Below are positions 23,046 to 35,051 of a stretch of 64,000 nucleotides of DNA, one piece after another. Positions within the stretch are counted from its first letter, which is position 1, and every line of letters starts with the position of its first letter. Source of the DNA: Vermamoeba vermiformis (lineage: Eukaryota); NCBI GenBank assembly GCA_045837725.1, contig JBEWZL010000036.1:1-64000 (forward strand). Direction: 5' to 3'. A program made the position numbers and the translations under genes. The notes under the pieces were generated by a model. It ran no database searches and was not told the DNA's origin. It saw only the letters and a list, made by a program, of their open reading frames with translations.

Positions 23046-25981
23046 TTAATGTATCTTGGAAAGAATGATTTTGAATAAAGGCACGGCAGACGATGAATCT
23101 GCGTCGAGATCATCCACGTCCATGATCGTGTTCCAATTGACGCGACTGAACAGCAAATCTGTCGCTGAAGGGTCCAAAACCGATGCATCCCTAAAAGAAC
23201 GTCACTAATTGCCTTCTACTTCAAATACAAGCTTACGGTAGCATGATTAAAGGCTCAATTTGTCGCGTTTCTCGCACTAGTTGTACAAACTGGGCTACGG
23301 TGGTCGTTTGCTCATCAACTCCGATGCGCACTACATTGACACCACACACATCACAAGTTTTGCGCGGTAACTCAGTCTTGAGAATCATCTTCATCTCTTC
23401 GCTCGGTACTTCGATCAAGTTTAATCTGATTGTTTATACTATGGCGTGAGTATTAACGATCAGTACGATACATACGGTACTTACTTGTTCATTGTTTGAC
23501 CAGTGAGCAGTCGGATGAACTGCAATGTCATCAGTCCTGCAATCGTAGAATTGGCCGTGGCTCCCGCAGGAATGATGTTGCCTGCAATTTCTGCAAAAGC
23601 AATTATCATTGTTGCGTCCGCCAAGATTGCGACATGCGTTACTGTGGCTTACTTTTTACCTCAAAGATGGTGGTCATTGGAATACCAAAACAATGCGCTC
23701 TAATATTGGTCAATGCGGCGGTGAATGCAACCATATCAAGATCATCTTTGTCGAACAGAATGACGCCGTGTTGAGCTCTGTCATTTAACTGTTCAAATCT
23801 GCGATGGCGTCAGAGGGAGTCACGTGGCTCAGTGCACTTACGTTCTAGCAAATACAGATATGTTGTGTTCGAGACTGCCAGCACTATATTGATCGATGGC
23901 CACTCCTCCTTGTAGGTTGTAATTGTCCAGTCTGAGATGTTCGCCGAACAGCTGCAAGTCAATATTAAACCAAATCTTTTAAACCGAGTAAATACCTTGC
24001 TGAAAGTGTCCTTCATGGACAGTTTTTTCAAGTCAATGTCTTGTTTGTCGGCTTCGGTCAAATTAACTTCTGAGATCAGCTCTTCATTCCAAATTAAACT
24101 AAAATCCATCAGCAATAACGCCAAAATTAGGGAGATTGTACGTACTTAAAAGTGAATTTCGCCCAAATGACGCAATGCTGAATGGTTGATGGATTATCTC
24201 GGATTGTACAATAGGGAAACTTTTTTGGTGCTGGATGTGGATCACAAGCGTAACAAGAGATGCCCTATTTATCGATTAGGTACCGAAATACTCTAAACCA
24301 GCCTACCTTTGCATAAGTAGTGATTTGTCCGATATTTCCTTCGGTTCCTCCGTCAATTAGCGGGATCCCGAAATACTGGCTCATTTTATTGATGTAATAT
24401 CTAGCATCTGGTTGACCTTGTTATTAGCTGTGTTTTCAACGTCTATACTGCTCTGTTAATCCTATTACCTGAGTTATCGAGAGCGCCAAATAAGCACGTG
24501 AATTGATCGTAGCCTGACAGCGGCAAGGACTGCACTTTTTGAGTGATAGGACGAATATCAATATTGGGAACGAATTGCTGTATTTGTTCGGCGACTACCT
24601 AAATCAACGCGGTGAACGGTGAACACGATTTTACTTTGTGACACATGAAATTTGGCGAATTGGGCAAAAAGAATAATAAATATGATGAAAGAGAGGGATA
24701 TAATAGAAACGATAATAATAATTACCTCGGCTTTGTATTTTTTGAGCCCTTTTCCTTTGTCCTCATCAAAGCAGAATAAGAATTGACGATTTAGGTTGCT
24801 AGTGCTAATAGTGTCCATGTCCACCTACTTAATTGTCAACAACACGTTCAAAGAGTGTATTATTACCAAAAAAGTTGTATTAAATAAATTGAGAATCTTT
24901 TTATACCACGATACTTTTTTTTCTATATTTTCACGCACATAAAATAAAAGAAACCTCCACACACGCCCCGGGGCGGGAGAGGGAAGAAAGGTAGAAAGAG
25001 CGCCCCCAGTGAAGAGGGCTTTGGGGGGTAGACCGGGAAGGGGAGGAGCCGGTTTAAAGGCAAAATCCACCTCAAAACCGTTAATCGCCCTGCATATCAA
25101 CAGTGATGGGAGAATTTTCTTTGTTCAACCAGGATCAGTAACAATGGGTATAAAAACAACGACGATGAGCCTATGCACATTGAAAATTGTGGAGAGAGCA
25201 CGTGACCAACAACGGAACTACTGCACGCCCAAAGAAACAAAGACCAGCCAGTGATGACTCGGAACTGCCATCAAAAAGCACTCGATCTCGTACACGCGAG
25301 GACTCTGATAGTGAAGATGACCGCGCCCGTAAGCGTCATAAATCAGACAACAATCTGTCGAATCAGGTCTCACCACAGCTCACCGAATTGCTTGCTGATG
25401 TTGCAAGCATTGGACAGAATATCTCTGCTTTATCAGCAACCATCAGTTCACAGCATGATAAAACATCTCGTCAGCTCGTACTCTTGAACAACACAACCAA
25501 CGCAAAGCATACTGCCATCGAAGAACGATTGAAGTCTTTGTCTGACGAGATAAAGGCAGTCAATAGTTCAATCAAGACATTGGATGAAGTTGTGCAACGC
25601 ATATTGTCGCACGTGAAAGCTGACGCGAAAGAGAAGGAAAAGGTTGTTGTCGTACAAGCACCAATACCTCAGATGCGCCAAGAGCCTCACTATGTTGTGC
25701 CACCAAACTACTACTCGGGAACACCCTCATACAATGGCCCATACAATAGTCCTTCATCACGTTTTTTCTAAGACGATTTGTCATAGCAAATTTCAATAAA
25801 ACGAGAGATATCTCATTTTATCTAATTTAACTTTCAAAGTAATGCCGGTTACACCCAGCAAAGCCAAATTCTTGACCAGCTCGCATCCAATCCCACCGGC
25901 ACCAACAACCAAGACGTTTGCCTGCTTAATTAGGTCTGTAATTGACGGCAACCCGTAGAGTATTTGCACTGTCTTGTCCAT
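23046..25981 (-). CDS. UBA2/SAE2-like E1 catalytic subunit, interrupted by a TIR element after exon 1
   Basis: VLVVGAGGIGCELVKNLAL..|VDMDTISTSNLNRQFLF..ALDN..IPLIDGGTEG..CYAC..FPYCTIRDNP..HCVIWAK (catalytic Cys)..FDKDD..AGNIIPA..CDVC. Confidence 0.88.
24871..25834. mobile_element. 964-bp non-autonomous DNA-transposon-like insertion with ~28-bp imperfect TIRs and a 4-bp TSD (CAAA)
   Basis: Left end AAAGTTGTATTAAATAAATTGAGAATCT; right end reverse-complemented AAAGTTAAATTAGATAAAATGAGATATCT. CAAA at 24867-24870 and 25835-25838. Removing it restores the exon TTG|GTAATA donor and a ~42-nt intron. Confidence 0.8.
25187..25771 (+). CDS. Cargo ORF inside the TIR element (basic NLS-like segment + coiled coil); 5' end appears degraded
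   Basis: 194-codon open frame with RPKKQR..RARKRHK and heptad repeats. No in-frame ATG start, and upstream in-frame stops. Confidence 0.4.
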   Translation: MWREHVTNNGTTARPKKQRPASDDSELPSKSTRSRTREDSDSEDDRARKRHKSDNNLSNQVSPQLTELLADVASIGQNISALSATISSQHDKTSRQLVLLNNTTNAKHTAIEERLKSLSDEIKAVNSSIKTLDEVVQRILSHVKADAKEKEKVVVVQAPIPQMRQEPHYVVPPNYYSGTPSYNGPYNSPSSRFF

Positions 25982-26038
25982 GTTGATCTGCAACAAAATA
26001 AATAACTTGCGGACAAAAACTAAAACCAAATCACTTTA

Positions 26039-27177
26039 TTACATACTAGTCAAGTCGAGCTCTTCAATTATTCCTTCAACAATGGGCGCGGCATCATTAG
26101 GCAATGATACGACGAGAGTCTCGCCCGTGGCTTCTAACACCAGGCAATTGAATGTAGTTGGCTCTCGCTTGGTGATGCATTTGAGCACTTCATTTGCCGC
26201 CAAACCACCCAATATCGCCACAGTCGGTGTGAGACAGGCTAGACTGCGATGTGCCTCCAACAACAATGTCTCTTGCGCCGATAACTCGTCCTCCAGTTCC
26301 TTCGAATTCATCGCTGAACAACGATGTTACGAATGACGCCGATAATAACACTGAGAGTGGTACCTTTGAATATTCGCAACACGCTCGGCGACTGATTGTC
26401 AATGCTGGCCAATGCTGCGCTAAGCGGAGGATAAGAGAAAGTCGTAGTGTCCTCGTCGTGGGCACTTCTAATGCAAACAAGAGTAAGCCAAGCAACAGTT
26501 AGGAGTGAGACGAACCTGCCAAAGGAGTGCAATCCAAAATCAATCAGAATGTAGCCCACGAGTCCCAAGCACTGTGTCGCGAGCATGTTCACATGCCACG
26601 TACGGAAGAAATCGTTGAACTCTTCCTGCAATGAACATTAGCGAAAGGATCGATGCACGGCTGCTTAGCTTACTAACTCTCCATACTGTCTGGAAGTCGA
26701 ACATATTATTTGAATAGACCTATATGACCCATGCCACGCATTATCTCGTACTACAGACAGCAGATCTGCGTCAATTAAATGCACACGAACCAATTCGTTT
26801 AATTTGCGCAGTTTTGTTGCAGCGGCGTCGATGATCTGCATATGCGGTCACCCTACGCTCTAACAATCATTGTCTTACCTTTGCTCCCACAGAGTTTGAA
26901 CTCAAAAAGAAGTTGCTTTTGACATCCTGCTCGCTCACTCGCCGATCGTCAAAAATGTAAATATCTTGCACTCCAGCTAGGATGATATTCTTCACAATTT
27001 CTATATTTACGCCTTCCAATTTATCAATACCAATAACCGCACGCTTTAGCCTGAAACAAATTCATAAATTCAAAAAAGAATACGCGATATTGAGTATTAC
27101 CTTCGTTGTCCTTCTACACCGTGAATATAGAGCTGGCGCGAATAAAGATCGCTTTCGAAAGGAGTTAATTGGTCCAT
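26039..27177 (-). CDS. AOS1/SAE1-like E1 regulatory subunit
   Basis: MDQLTPFESDLYSRQLYIHGVEGQR..EIVKNIILAGV..D..VSEQDVKSNFFL..LRKLN..GLVGYILIDFG..LTPTVAILGGLAANEVLKCITKREP..N. Confidence 0.85.
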
Positions 27178-27674
27178 CTTGGCGTTTTGTTTGTTCTCTG
27201 GTGGTCTGATCACTTTTGCAAATGCAAAATCGAGTCAATTCGCAATTTGACTCACACAAAAGACCACCGGAGGCAAGTATAAAATAACAACGGCGAAAGA
27301 AACCTCAGAAATAATATTTCAATCTTCTTCCGTCAGATTCAAGCACAAAACATCTTCAGGCAAACAAGGACAACCAATTTTCTGCCTATACTAGGTACTT
27401 AGCCTCCAAATGCTGAATAAACTTTGCTTTTGGTGTATTACGTTCAGCAATCCACTCTATTTTGAAAAAAAATAAAGAAAATGCCGATCCAACTTCGAAG
27501 TGCAGAGAAAGAGGTTTAAGGTCGGTGAAATATGGCGCCGGCACGAGCCACCTGTCCGAGTGCACATTGTGGCCCGTACCTTTGCTGCGTTGTGAACCCA
27601 TTTGTCGCTCGGTTCCACTGCTCCGTGGCTCGTATTGGTGCATTCCAGGTTGAGTACTAGTACATTTTTATAAC

Positions 27675-30600
27675 TCAGATCAATACATGTGCTTCCCCAT
27701 AAATTAATTTTGACAGACTCTGAACTACCTCTGCAATTGCGGGTCGTCGAGTTGGATCTTGCTGCCAACACTGCACAATCAAGCTCGCCAATTTGTGGTT
27801 CATGTCTGGTGGAATGGACAATCTGCCGCCCTTGAGAACAAAGCGTTCGATCTCTGACTGCCATTGAAACTCGACGTCAGAAAATGCGTGCTCATTGGTG
27901 ATCACTTCCCAGGCTAGAATAGCGAAGCTGTAAATATCTGCTGCCTTGTCAAAGCGCGGACTCTTTCCCAGTGTTTCTGGGGCCATGTACTTGGTTGTAC
28001 CGATGTTTTGGGTCATTGTCGCGGCAGCAGAGTCCGACACAAACTTTGAGGTGCCAAAGTCAGTTAATTTGACGTGACAGGTGGCCTTGTGCTCCAATGC
28101 GAACACGAGTCACAGCGGCGATGTCGCGATGGAGATGTTTTTGAATGCAGGAAGTGATGGCACGCGCGACCTCGAGTAGAATGACCATCTTCAGCGAGAG
28201 TGGCAGCGGGGTCTCCTCGAGCACACCAGCTAAATTTCCAAGCGGGGCCAGTTCAGTCACCAAGGCCAGTTTTCCTTCTATATTCGAGGCACCAACGAAC
28301 TGCACAATGTTCGGATGATGCAAACTGCTCATCACCGCTACTTCTCGCTCGAACTCGGTTTGTGTGGATGGTCATTGCTGATTCAACAAGATTTTCACGG
28401 CCACCGACTGACCCTTGTAGGTACCTTTCTTCACCGTTCCGAATTAACGATGGATTGTATTAGACTTGGCGCCATATTACCTCTCAAAGCACTTACCCGC
28501 CCTGTCCTAACACCTGATCCGAGATCTCTACATCATCGACATCAATCCACGGCGAAGGTTTGCCCACGACACTGAAAGTGAGTGACGAATATTTCTTAGT
28601 CCTCTCCGACACTACTACGAGCTGTATATCTGCTTTGGTGGTGATCTTCAATTTGACCCACACAGTCAGCATGACCGTGCAGCCATCTCCCAGCGCGAAT
28701 GAACTGGGGTCTACATTTACTTCGAACTTGGGTGATTTGGGCGCGTAGATGTCGAACCGCTCCTCACCATCGAGCAAGCTTTGGTGAAGGAATGACAGTC
28801 GGCCGGTCTTCGCCTTCTTTTTCGAGGTCATTAAGAGAGTGCCTTGAAACCAGACGCTGATGTCCAAAGGTCCGTGCTTCTTGTCAAATCCCAGCTGCGA
28901 CGTGTCGAGCACCATGGGCAGCTGAGTGGGCGAGCAATAAGAGTAAGAGTCGTCAGGCGTCCACTCCCACGAGATCGAGCTGATAATCTTGCCGGCTCTT
29001 TTGTCGATTATGTCTCGCTTGGCGGCATTCAGCATGGATTTGAGCTCCACTTCTTGCCGCTTGACTTTGCTGAATCGCCGTCTAACCACGATCACTACGA
29101 CCACTGCAGCGATAACAAGCCCTGCCGCGATTGGTGGCAGAATGTGTTCGTACGCAGGGATGAAGACGTCGGTGCAACTCTTTGTCGAGCCTGCAGGATT
29201 GGTGGCAATGACGCACACGTTGTATGTGATAGCGCACTGAAAGCCTTGAAGTGACAGTACGGCCCCTGTAGCATTGAGCGGCTCTCCATTGCGCGTCCAA
29301 CAGAATGAGGTGTTGTCTGTACGGGCTAGATGTGCACGAACAGTTGCCATGGATATGTTGCCACAAGCTGAGGAGTCTGTTATCAGTTCGACATTGGGCT
29401 TCGACAGCACTTCCACGCTAGTCGTTACTTGTGTTGTCAATCCGCAGCGATCTCGCACGGCGAAGCGAATTTGGTATTGACCTGCTGGCCTGCTGTTCGT
29501 GTCGATGCGGAACGCGGCACTTTCACTCTGGCGGTGGTCATTGACTGCCCACGAATAGGTCAGATTTCTTCCCGCGGTGCCAGGCGTGAAGCTCGTAGAC
29601 TGCGACACAAAGATGGTGCGCGGCTCCAACCGTTCAATGGTCGGCAGTTCAATGCGCATGAGCCCGTTCAGGTACAGCAGGACAAAGTTCTTCCAAAAGA
29701 ACACCTTGGCCAGGGTCGTGCTCAAGTGCAGCGACGTGGGTGTGCTCGTGTCGTAGAAGTAGAACTCGTGCTGATTGTTGAGCTCGCCGTACATCACCAA
29801 GTAGTTGCCCACCGCGCGAATGAACGAGCCCGCCATGACTGGGACCAGCAGTCGATCGGACGTCCTGTTGCTCAAATTGAGTCGGTACACATTGCTGTTG
29901 TAGCGCAGATAGATCCACGGGTCAATGACTGTTTGGCCGAAATTGAGGCCTAGTCTCTCTGGCTGCGGCAGCGTCATGGAATTAACTCGCGTTCCGTTGC
30001 GATCAAAGACATCGATGACATCTGACAGGTGCAGATGATCGGTCCACACACCGCCGATGACGGCAATCAGAGATCCGTGCCACTTAATCGCGGGCAATGC
30101 TCGTGCTTGCGTCAAATTGAAGGTGGCACTGCTGTTCGTGTTCAACGAGTACCTGATGAGTGTGTTCAGCAGCACCTCCTGCGCGTCAATGCCCCCTGCA
30201 ATGAACAGTTCACCATCGATGAGTGCTGCGCCGTGCAAGCGACTGCCCACTGGGAGATGTAAGAGGCACCAAGTGTTCGACCTCTCGTCGTAGATGTCAA
30301 AGGCAGTCGTGACGCGTATGGTACTCAAAAATATAATGCGGTGGGAAGTGTAGAGCACCATATCTGGTATGACGTGGCTCTCGAGTTCCTGTGTGCGCCA
30401 AGTGTTGCTCGAGGCATGGTACATGTGCACAATGGGATCCGTGTCTTCCACAAAGTACACCGTGTTGCCCAGCACTCGCACCAAGGCTGCATTGTACGGC
30501 GAGGGAATAGTCGTGTAAATCCACTGCCCGCTCATCGGTGAGAGCACGTACAACTGCAGCGGTGGCACGGTGCTGTTGAGCAGTTCACCGCCGTAGAAGA

Positions 30601-31894
30601 ACACGTAGTCGCGCGCTGATAGGCCCCTGATGTTCTGGCGAGGAGCTGCGTCGATGGGTATGGTGTGATTGCGATTGGTCGCGAGGTTGTAGAGCTGCAC
30701 GCGGGGACTCGGCGCATTGAAGTTGGCAGCGATCAGATAGTCAGCGTGTTGAATCACAAAGTCTGCACTGTGCAAGGGCACAAATTCGTGGTGACTCTGC
30801 GCCATGTCATACACCAACAGTCGTCGACCCGAATTGAAGTTGGCATTCGGTCGCCAATCAGCGATGTACAACGTGTTATTCAGCGCCGTCACCGAACTGG
30901 TACGGAAGTTGTAGTTGTCATATTGCCACGAATACTGCAGATTCGATGCGACGTTGTAGAACAGTATTGAATTGACGGTGAGTCTGCTCGGGCCATGAAG
31001 CAGCACTAGCTGGTCGTTGTGCAGCACTCCTGCACTCGCGGGGCCTATTTTCGTCACCTTAGCGGTGTAGGTGCCCAGCAGCGGATTGATTTGGATCACA
31101 TCGCGAAATGTCACCACAAACACTGCCACTGCGTTGTGGATCTGGGCAGCGAACACCATGTTGATGCCAAAGCGGATGCTCGTCCGCAGTGTCGTGTTGC
31201 GCCAAGTGCCATCAGTCGTGTTGTACCTGGCAATGCTGTCGCGCGCCACAAAATAGATCAGAGTGCCGTGGGCTGCAGCCCCCTGATACGCCCTAGCAGT
31301 CTCCATGACACCCGTCTCGTTCGTGGTTGTATCGTACGTGAACATGCTGCGCGAGCGCTGGTGATAGAACAGCACCTTGTGACCTGCAGCGACTGACCGC
31401 GAACCCCGAGGCAGAGTGCCACTGAACGAGACAGTCCACGCCACATTGTGCACCAGGTCCAACACGTCCATAGTCTCGTTGACTAGAGACGCGTCGTCGT
31501 AGGAGAATCCACCCGCGACAAACAACCACTGGCCGTGTGTGGCGTACGTAGCGTCCTCGCGCGTGTCATTGCGCGACTGATAGTGCATGACGCGAGTGGT
31601 GTTGCGCGCAGGATTCAGCACGTCTACCTTCGAGGACGCACCAGCCAATAGAATCTCATCGCCAATGACGGCAATGTGGCTCGTGGGATCGGAGAAAGTG
31701 GGTGGATGGATGGGCTCGACGAAACAACCTGAGTGCGCGGGTTAATAATTCATACGCAGTCGATTGATGAGCTGCGTTACCTGTTCCGTGCGCGCACAGC
31801 AGTCCCAGCACCAGCAGCGTGACTGACCGTACAATCGTTAGCACCAGTCCTGCAACAGGCACGAACAGCACTTACACAATACGCACTTGGCCAT
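27675..31894 (-). CDS. Receptor-like TKL kinase with kelch-like propeller repeats and Ig/PKD ectodomain; catalytic loop damaged by indels (pseudogene or consensus error)
   Basis: Signal peptide, LFVAGG/LFIAGG/VFFYGG repeats, TM IAAGLVIAAVVVVIVV. Kinase motifs VLGQGG, VAVK, HPNIVQFVGA, KLTDFG, GTTKYMAPE. The HRDI region is out of frame at ~28105-28160. Confidence 0.78.
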
Positions 31895-32267
31895 GACTCG
31901 TGTGTTGATCTGTTGTTCAAATACGACAAATAATGCCAATTATTATTGGAGCGGAATAACCGTGTGACTGTCGCACTAAATTAATTAATTTCTATCTTTG
32001 GTGAACTAATATGGTAATCGGCTTATCCCGATACACCGTAGTCGCAATCTAAAGAATATCATTTGACGCCTAGGCATCGAGGGAAACTTGACTTTAGTCG
32101 CGAGGACACAGTTTGAGTACACACGTGTGTGCAGTGCAATTCACTAGCGGCAATACTCCGACGTTATGTAATGTGTGCGCAATCACTTCCTTCTGTTTAC
32201 TACTATTAGTCGATTGTCATCACTGATTGCAACACAACTGACCTACACTGCCGTGCCCTGCATTCCA

Positions 32268-33453
32268 TCACTGTTTCCAGTCCGCCAGCTGCGTGGCCAA
32301 ATAGTACCGCACGTGCTCGTCGAATCCAGGACCGAAGTGTATCTTGCCGTGGCCCAGTCCTGGCACGACATAGACCTCGCCGTCCGGGAACAGGGCCGCC
32401 AGTCTCTTGGCGCTGTCAGTGCTGACGAGTGGATCTTGCTCGCCGATCAAATAGCGCACGCGTCGATGCGTGTTGTCGTGCCGATCGATGTAGCTGATCG
32501 GATTCAGTTGACGCACGTGTTCGTTGCTGCTCGACTGCAGCTCTCGCAAGATGCGCATCAGTGGCACGAAGCCAGCCCAGTCCGGCGCTGCTTTCTTCAA
32601 TATCAACTCGCCCAACAGCCCCAGGGGACTCGCCGCCAGCCACGGCAACACTCTGCCACCGAATGTCTGCGAGAACGAGTTGATGTCTGACACGCCTGGC
32701 ACGTGCCTGTCAGTCGCCGTTCATGAATCACATCACGTGGTCCTTACCAATGCAGCCCAGCAGGCGTTGTCCAAATCCGTCGCGCAAGAAGATGAAGCTG
32801 CTGATCAGCACGCCGAGACTGATACCAAATAAGGCAATTCTGTCGCTCCTGAGGCCGTGGCGCGCAATCAATATGCGCTCGCGAATCAATCTGAAGTTGT
32901 GGCTGGTGGCATCGAACACTTTGAACAGTGTCGGCACGTCCAAGTGCAGATCGCGCGCAGACATGTGCACGAGTTCTTTCACGAGGCCCAATCGCCCGTC
33001 ATTCGTGCGCAAATAGCTGCGCTCACCACCGAGCGGCGTGTCGAACAGACAGACGGCAATGTTCATCGACAAGAGCAGTGGTACGAGGGGGTAGTTGGCT
33101 GTTAGTGGCACACCCATGCCCTGCGCGGTGTTAGTGTCCTAGTGTCGCGGCAGAGAATATAGCGCACTTGCCTGCAGTCCAAACACGAGGGCGGTGTGTT
33201 CATTGACCTGGTGCGGCAGTGCTACGATCACGGGGAACGAACTGAGTCGATCGTCCATCTCTTTGTCACCGGTAATCACCGCGGGTTGGTGGACCTGCGA
33301 GGTATTTACAATAATTATTAATTAAATTATGTTGAAACTCGAATAAAATTAATTATTATTTAACTACCCAATATCTGTATGCTTGGCAATCATAAACGGA
33401 CACTTGTGTAGGACCATGTATCCATACCCCATCGTCATAAGACTTGTCTTCAT
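32268..33453 (-). CDS. Alpha/beta hydrolase
   Basis: Nucleophile elbow IALFGISLG, acid IGEQDPLV, His PGLGHG. Confidence 0.75.
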
Positions 33454-33842
33454 AGTTAACGTTCATTATCGCTACTTAGTTGGTAGATCCGCCTTGTTGT
33501 TCACTTCCTTAATGTGTCAACTGATATTTAAGGCATGTTATTGTTCTGCTTTTCAAATAATAACGATTCGGAAAATGGTAGGAATGACGTGGTTGTCAGC
33601 TACAGCAACAAATTTGACACGTATCAAAGAAAGGATCGTGAATTCACTACCGCAGTCTTTGTTGAGTAAAGTAGCGATTAGAGCGTTTGAATATACACAT
33701 CAATGCTAGTTCGAATTGAGTTTTAATTATGCACAATATTTACAACAATAAATTAACATTATGTACATCCGGATCTGAGTATTATTACATCCGTTCTTAT
33801 TAAGTATTCACATTGATATTCACATCTATGTCCTATTCACAT

Positions 33843-35051
33843 CTACGCGTGTTGCTGATCGACGACGCTGTGATAGTGCTGCATCAACAGCGCGTGATAG
33901 TCCTTGAACCCTGGTTGATGTATCACGCGCAGCAGATTGTCCATCAACACGCGCACGGTCTGTTGATCCACTGCACTCATCGACGCAAATCTGCTGCTCA
34001 ACGAGCGATCGTCGCTCTGAGACTGCTCTTGATCGAACAGCGAGCCCAAAAAGGAATAAATCTCCGCCCAATGAGGCACACTGCGCGTGTGGTGCTCGTG
34101 TCCCGCGTGTTCTGCACCACTCTCGCCACTCGCAGGACCCCCAGCCTGCTTGACAGCTAGCTCAATGAACTGCTTGGCCTCGCTGCGCTGTCGTTCAATC
34201 TCCGCTGCGAGCACTGGATCGCGTGGTCGATCGGCGGTCACGTGACTGTTCAAGTCGTGCAGCTCACTCTCCGCGACGCCGTTGAGGGCGAGCAGCTTGT
34301 CGTGCGCATCAGTCGCGTGGCTGTCAGTGTGGGGCACGCGGTCGAGGAGTGCGTGGGACTGTTCGGCGGTCAAGAGATTGTTGTCCATCATCCACTGCGC
34401 AAAGGCGTGCGGATTGAGCAAGTAACTCTGGTGCTTGAGCGCGTCCACGGTGGTGGTGAGGGGTGCTGCGTCGCGCGGACTGCGCTGCTTGTTGTTGGCA
34501 GTGCTAGTAGTGTTCGTGTTGCTCATCACTTCGTCCTCGTGCTCAGATGTGCTCGACACATCGCGCTTGGGCGGTGAAGTCTCCGTGCTGGTGCGGCCAG
34601 TGTTGGCCTTGCGCTTAGGCCGTGGTGGTGGTATGACAATGTCTTCGGCTTTGTTTTTCTTCACTTTTTCGAAATATTTCTGCGCGTGACTTCTGATCTA
34701 AGCGACAAATGCACTGGTTAATAATTATCCGCGATAATATCGTACATATCCAACATACCTGAATGACAGTTTTTGTTCCGACGTGTGCCTCTATTCGTTT
34801 CCAATCACGGCCAAATCTAGAACAAAATATTAATTTTTCAATCTCGATTATGAACGGTGCAAAAAATCAATAAATATCAAATTAGACGTTGAAAAATTAT
34901 TAATATAGCATATATGAATTTTTACATACAATCTGAGCGCTTCTAAAAACTTTTCGTGTTCCTCATCGGTCCACACTTCGCGCTGCTTTTTGATCGTGTA
35001 AGGCTTGCGCTGTTTGGTCTTGCCCGAGTCCAGGCCAGAATGGTCCTCCAT
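33843..35051 (-). CDS. SHAQKYF single-MYB transcription factor (CCA1/LHY/REVEILLE-like) with C-terminal LCL-like domain
   Basis: RKPYTIKKQREVWTDEEHEKFLEALRL|FGRDWKRIEAHVGTKTVIQ|IRSHAQKYF..IPPPRPKRK. C-terminal PHWAEIYSFLGSLFD..MSAVDQQTVRVLMDNL. Confidence 0.88.
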
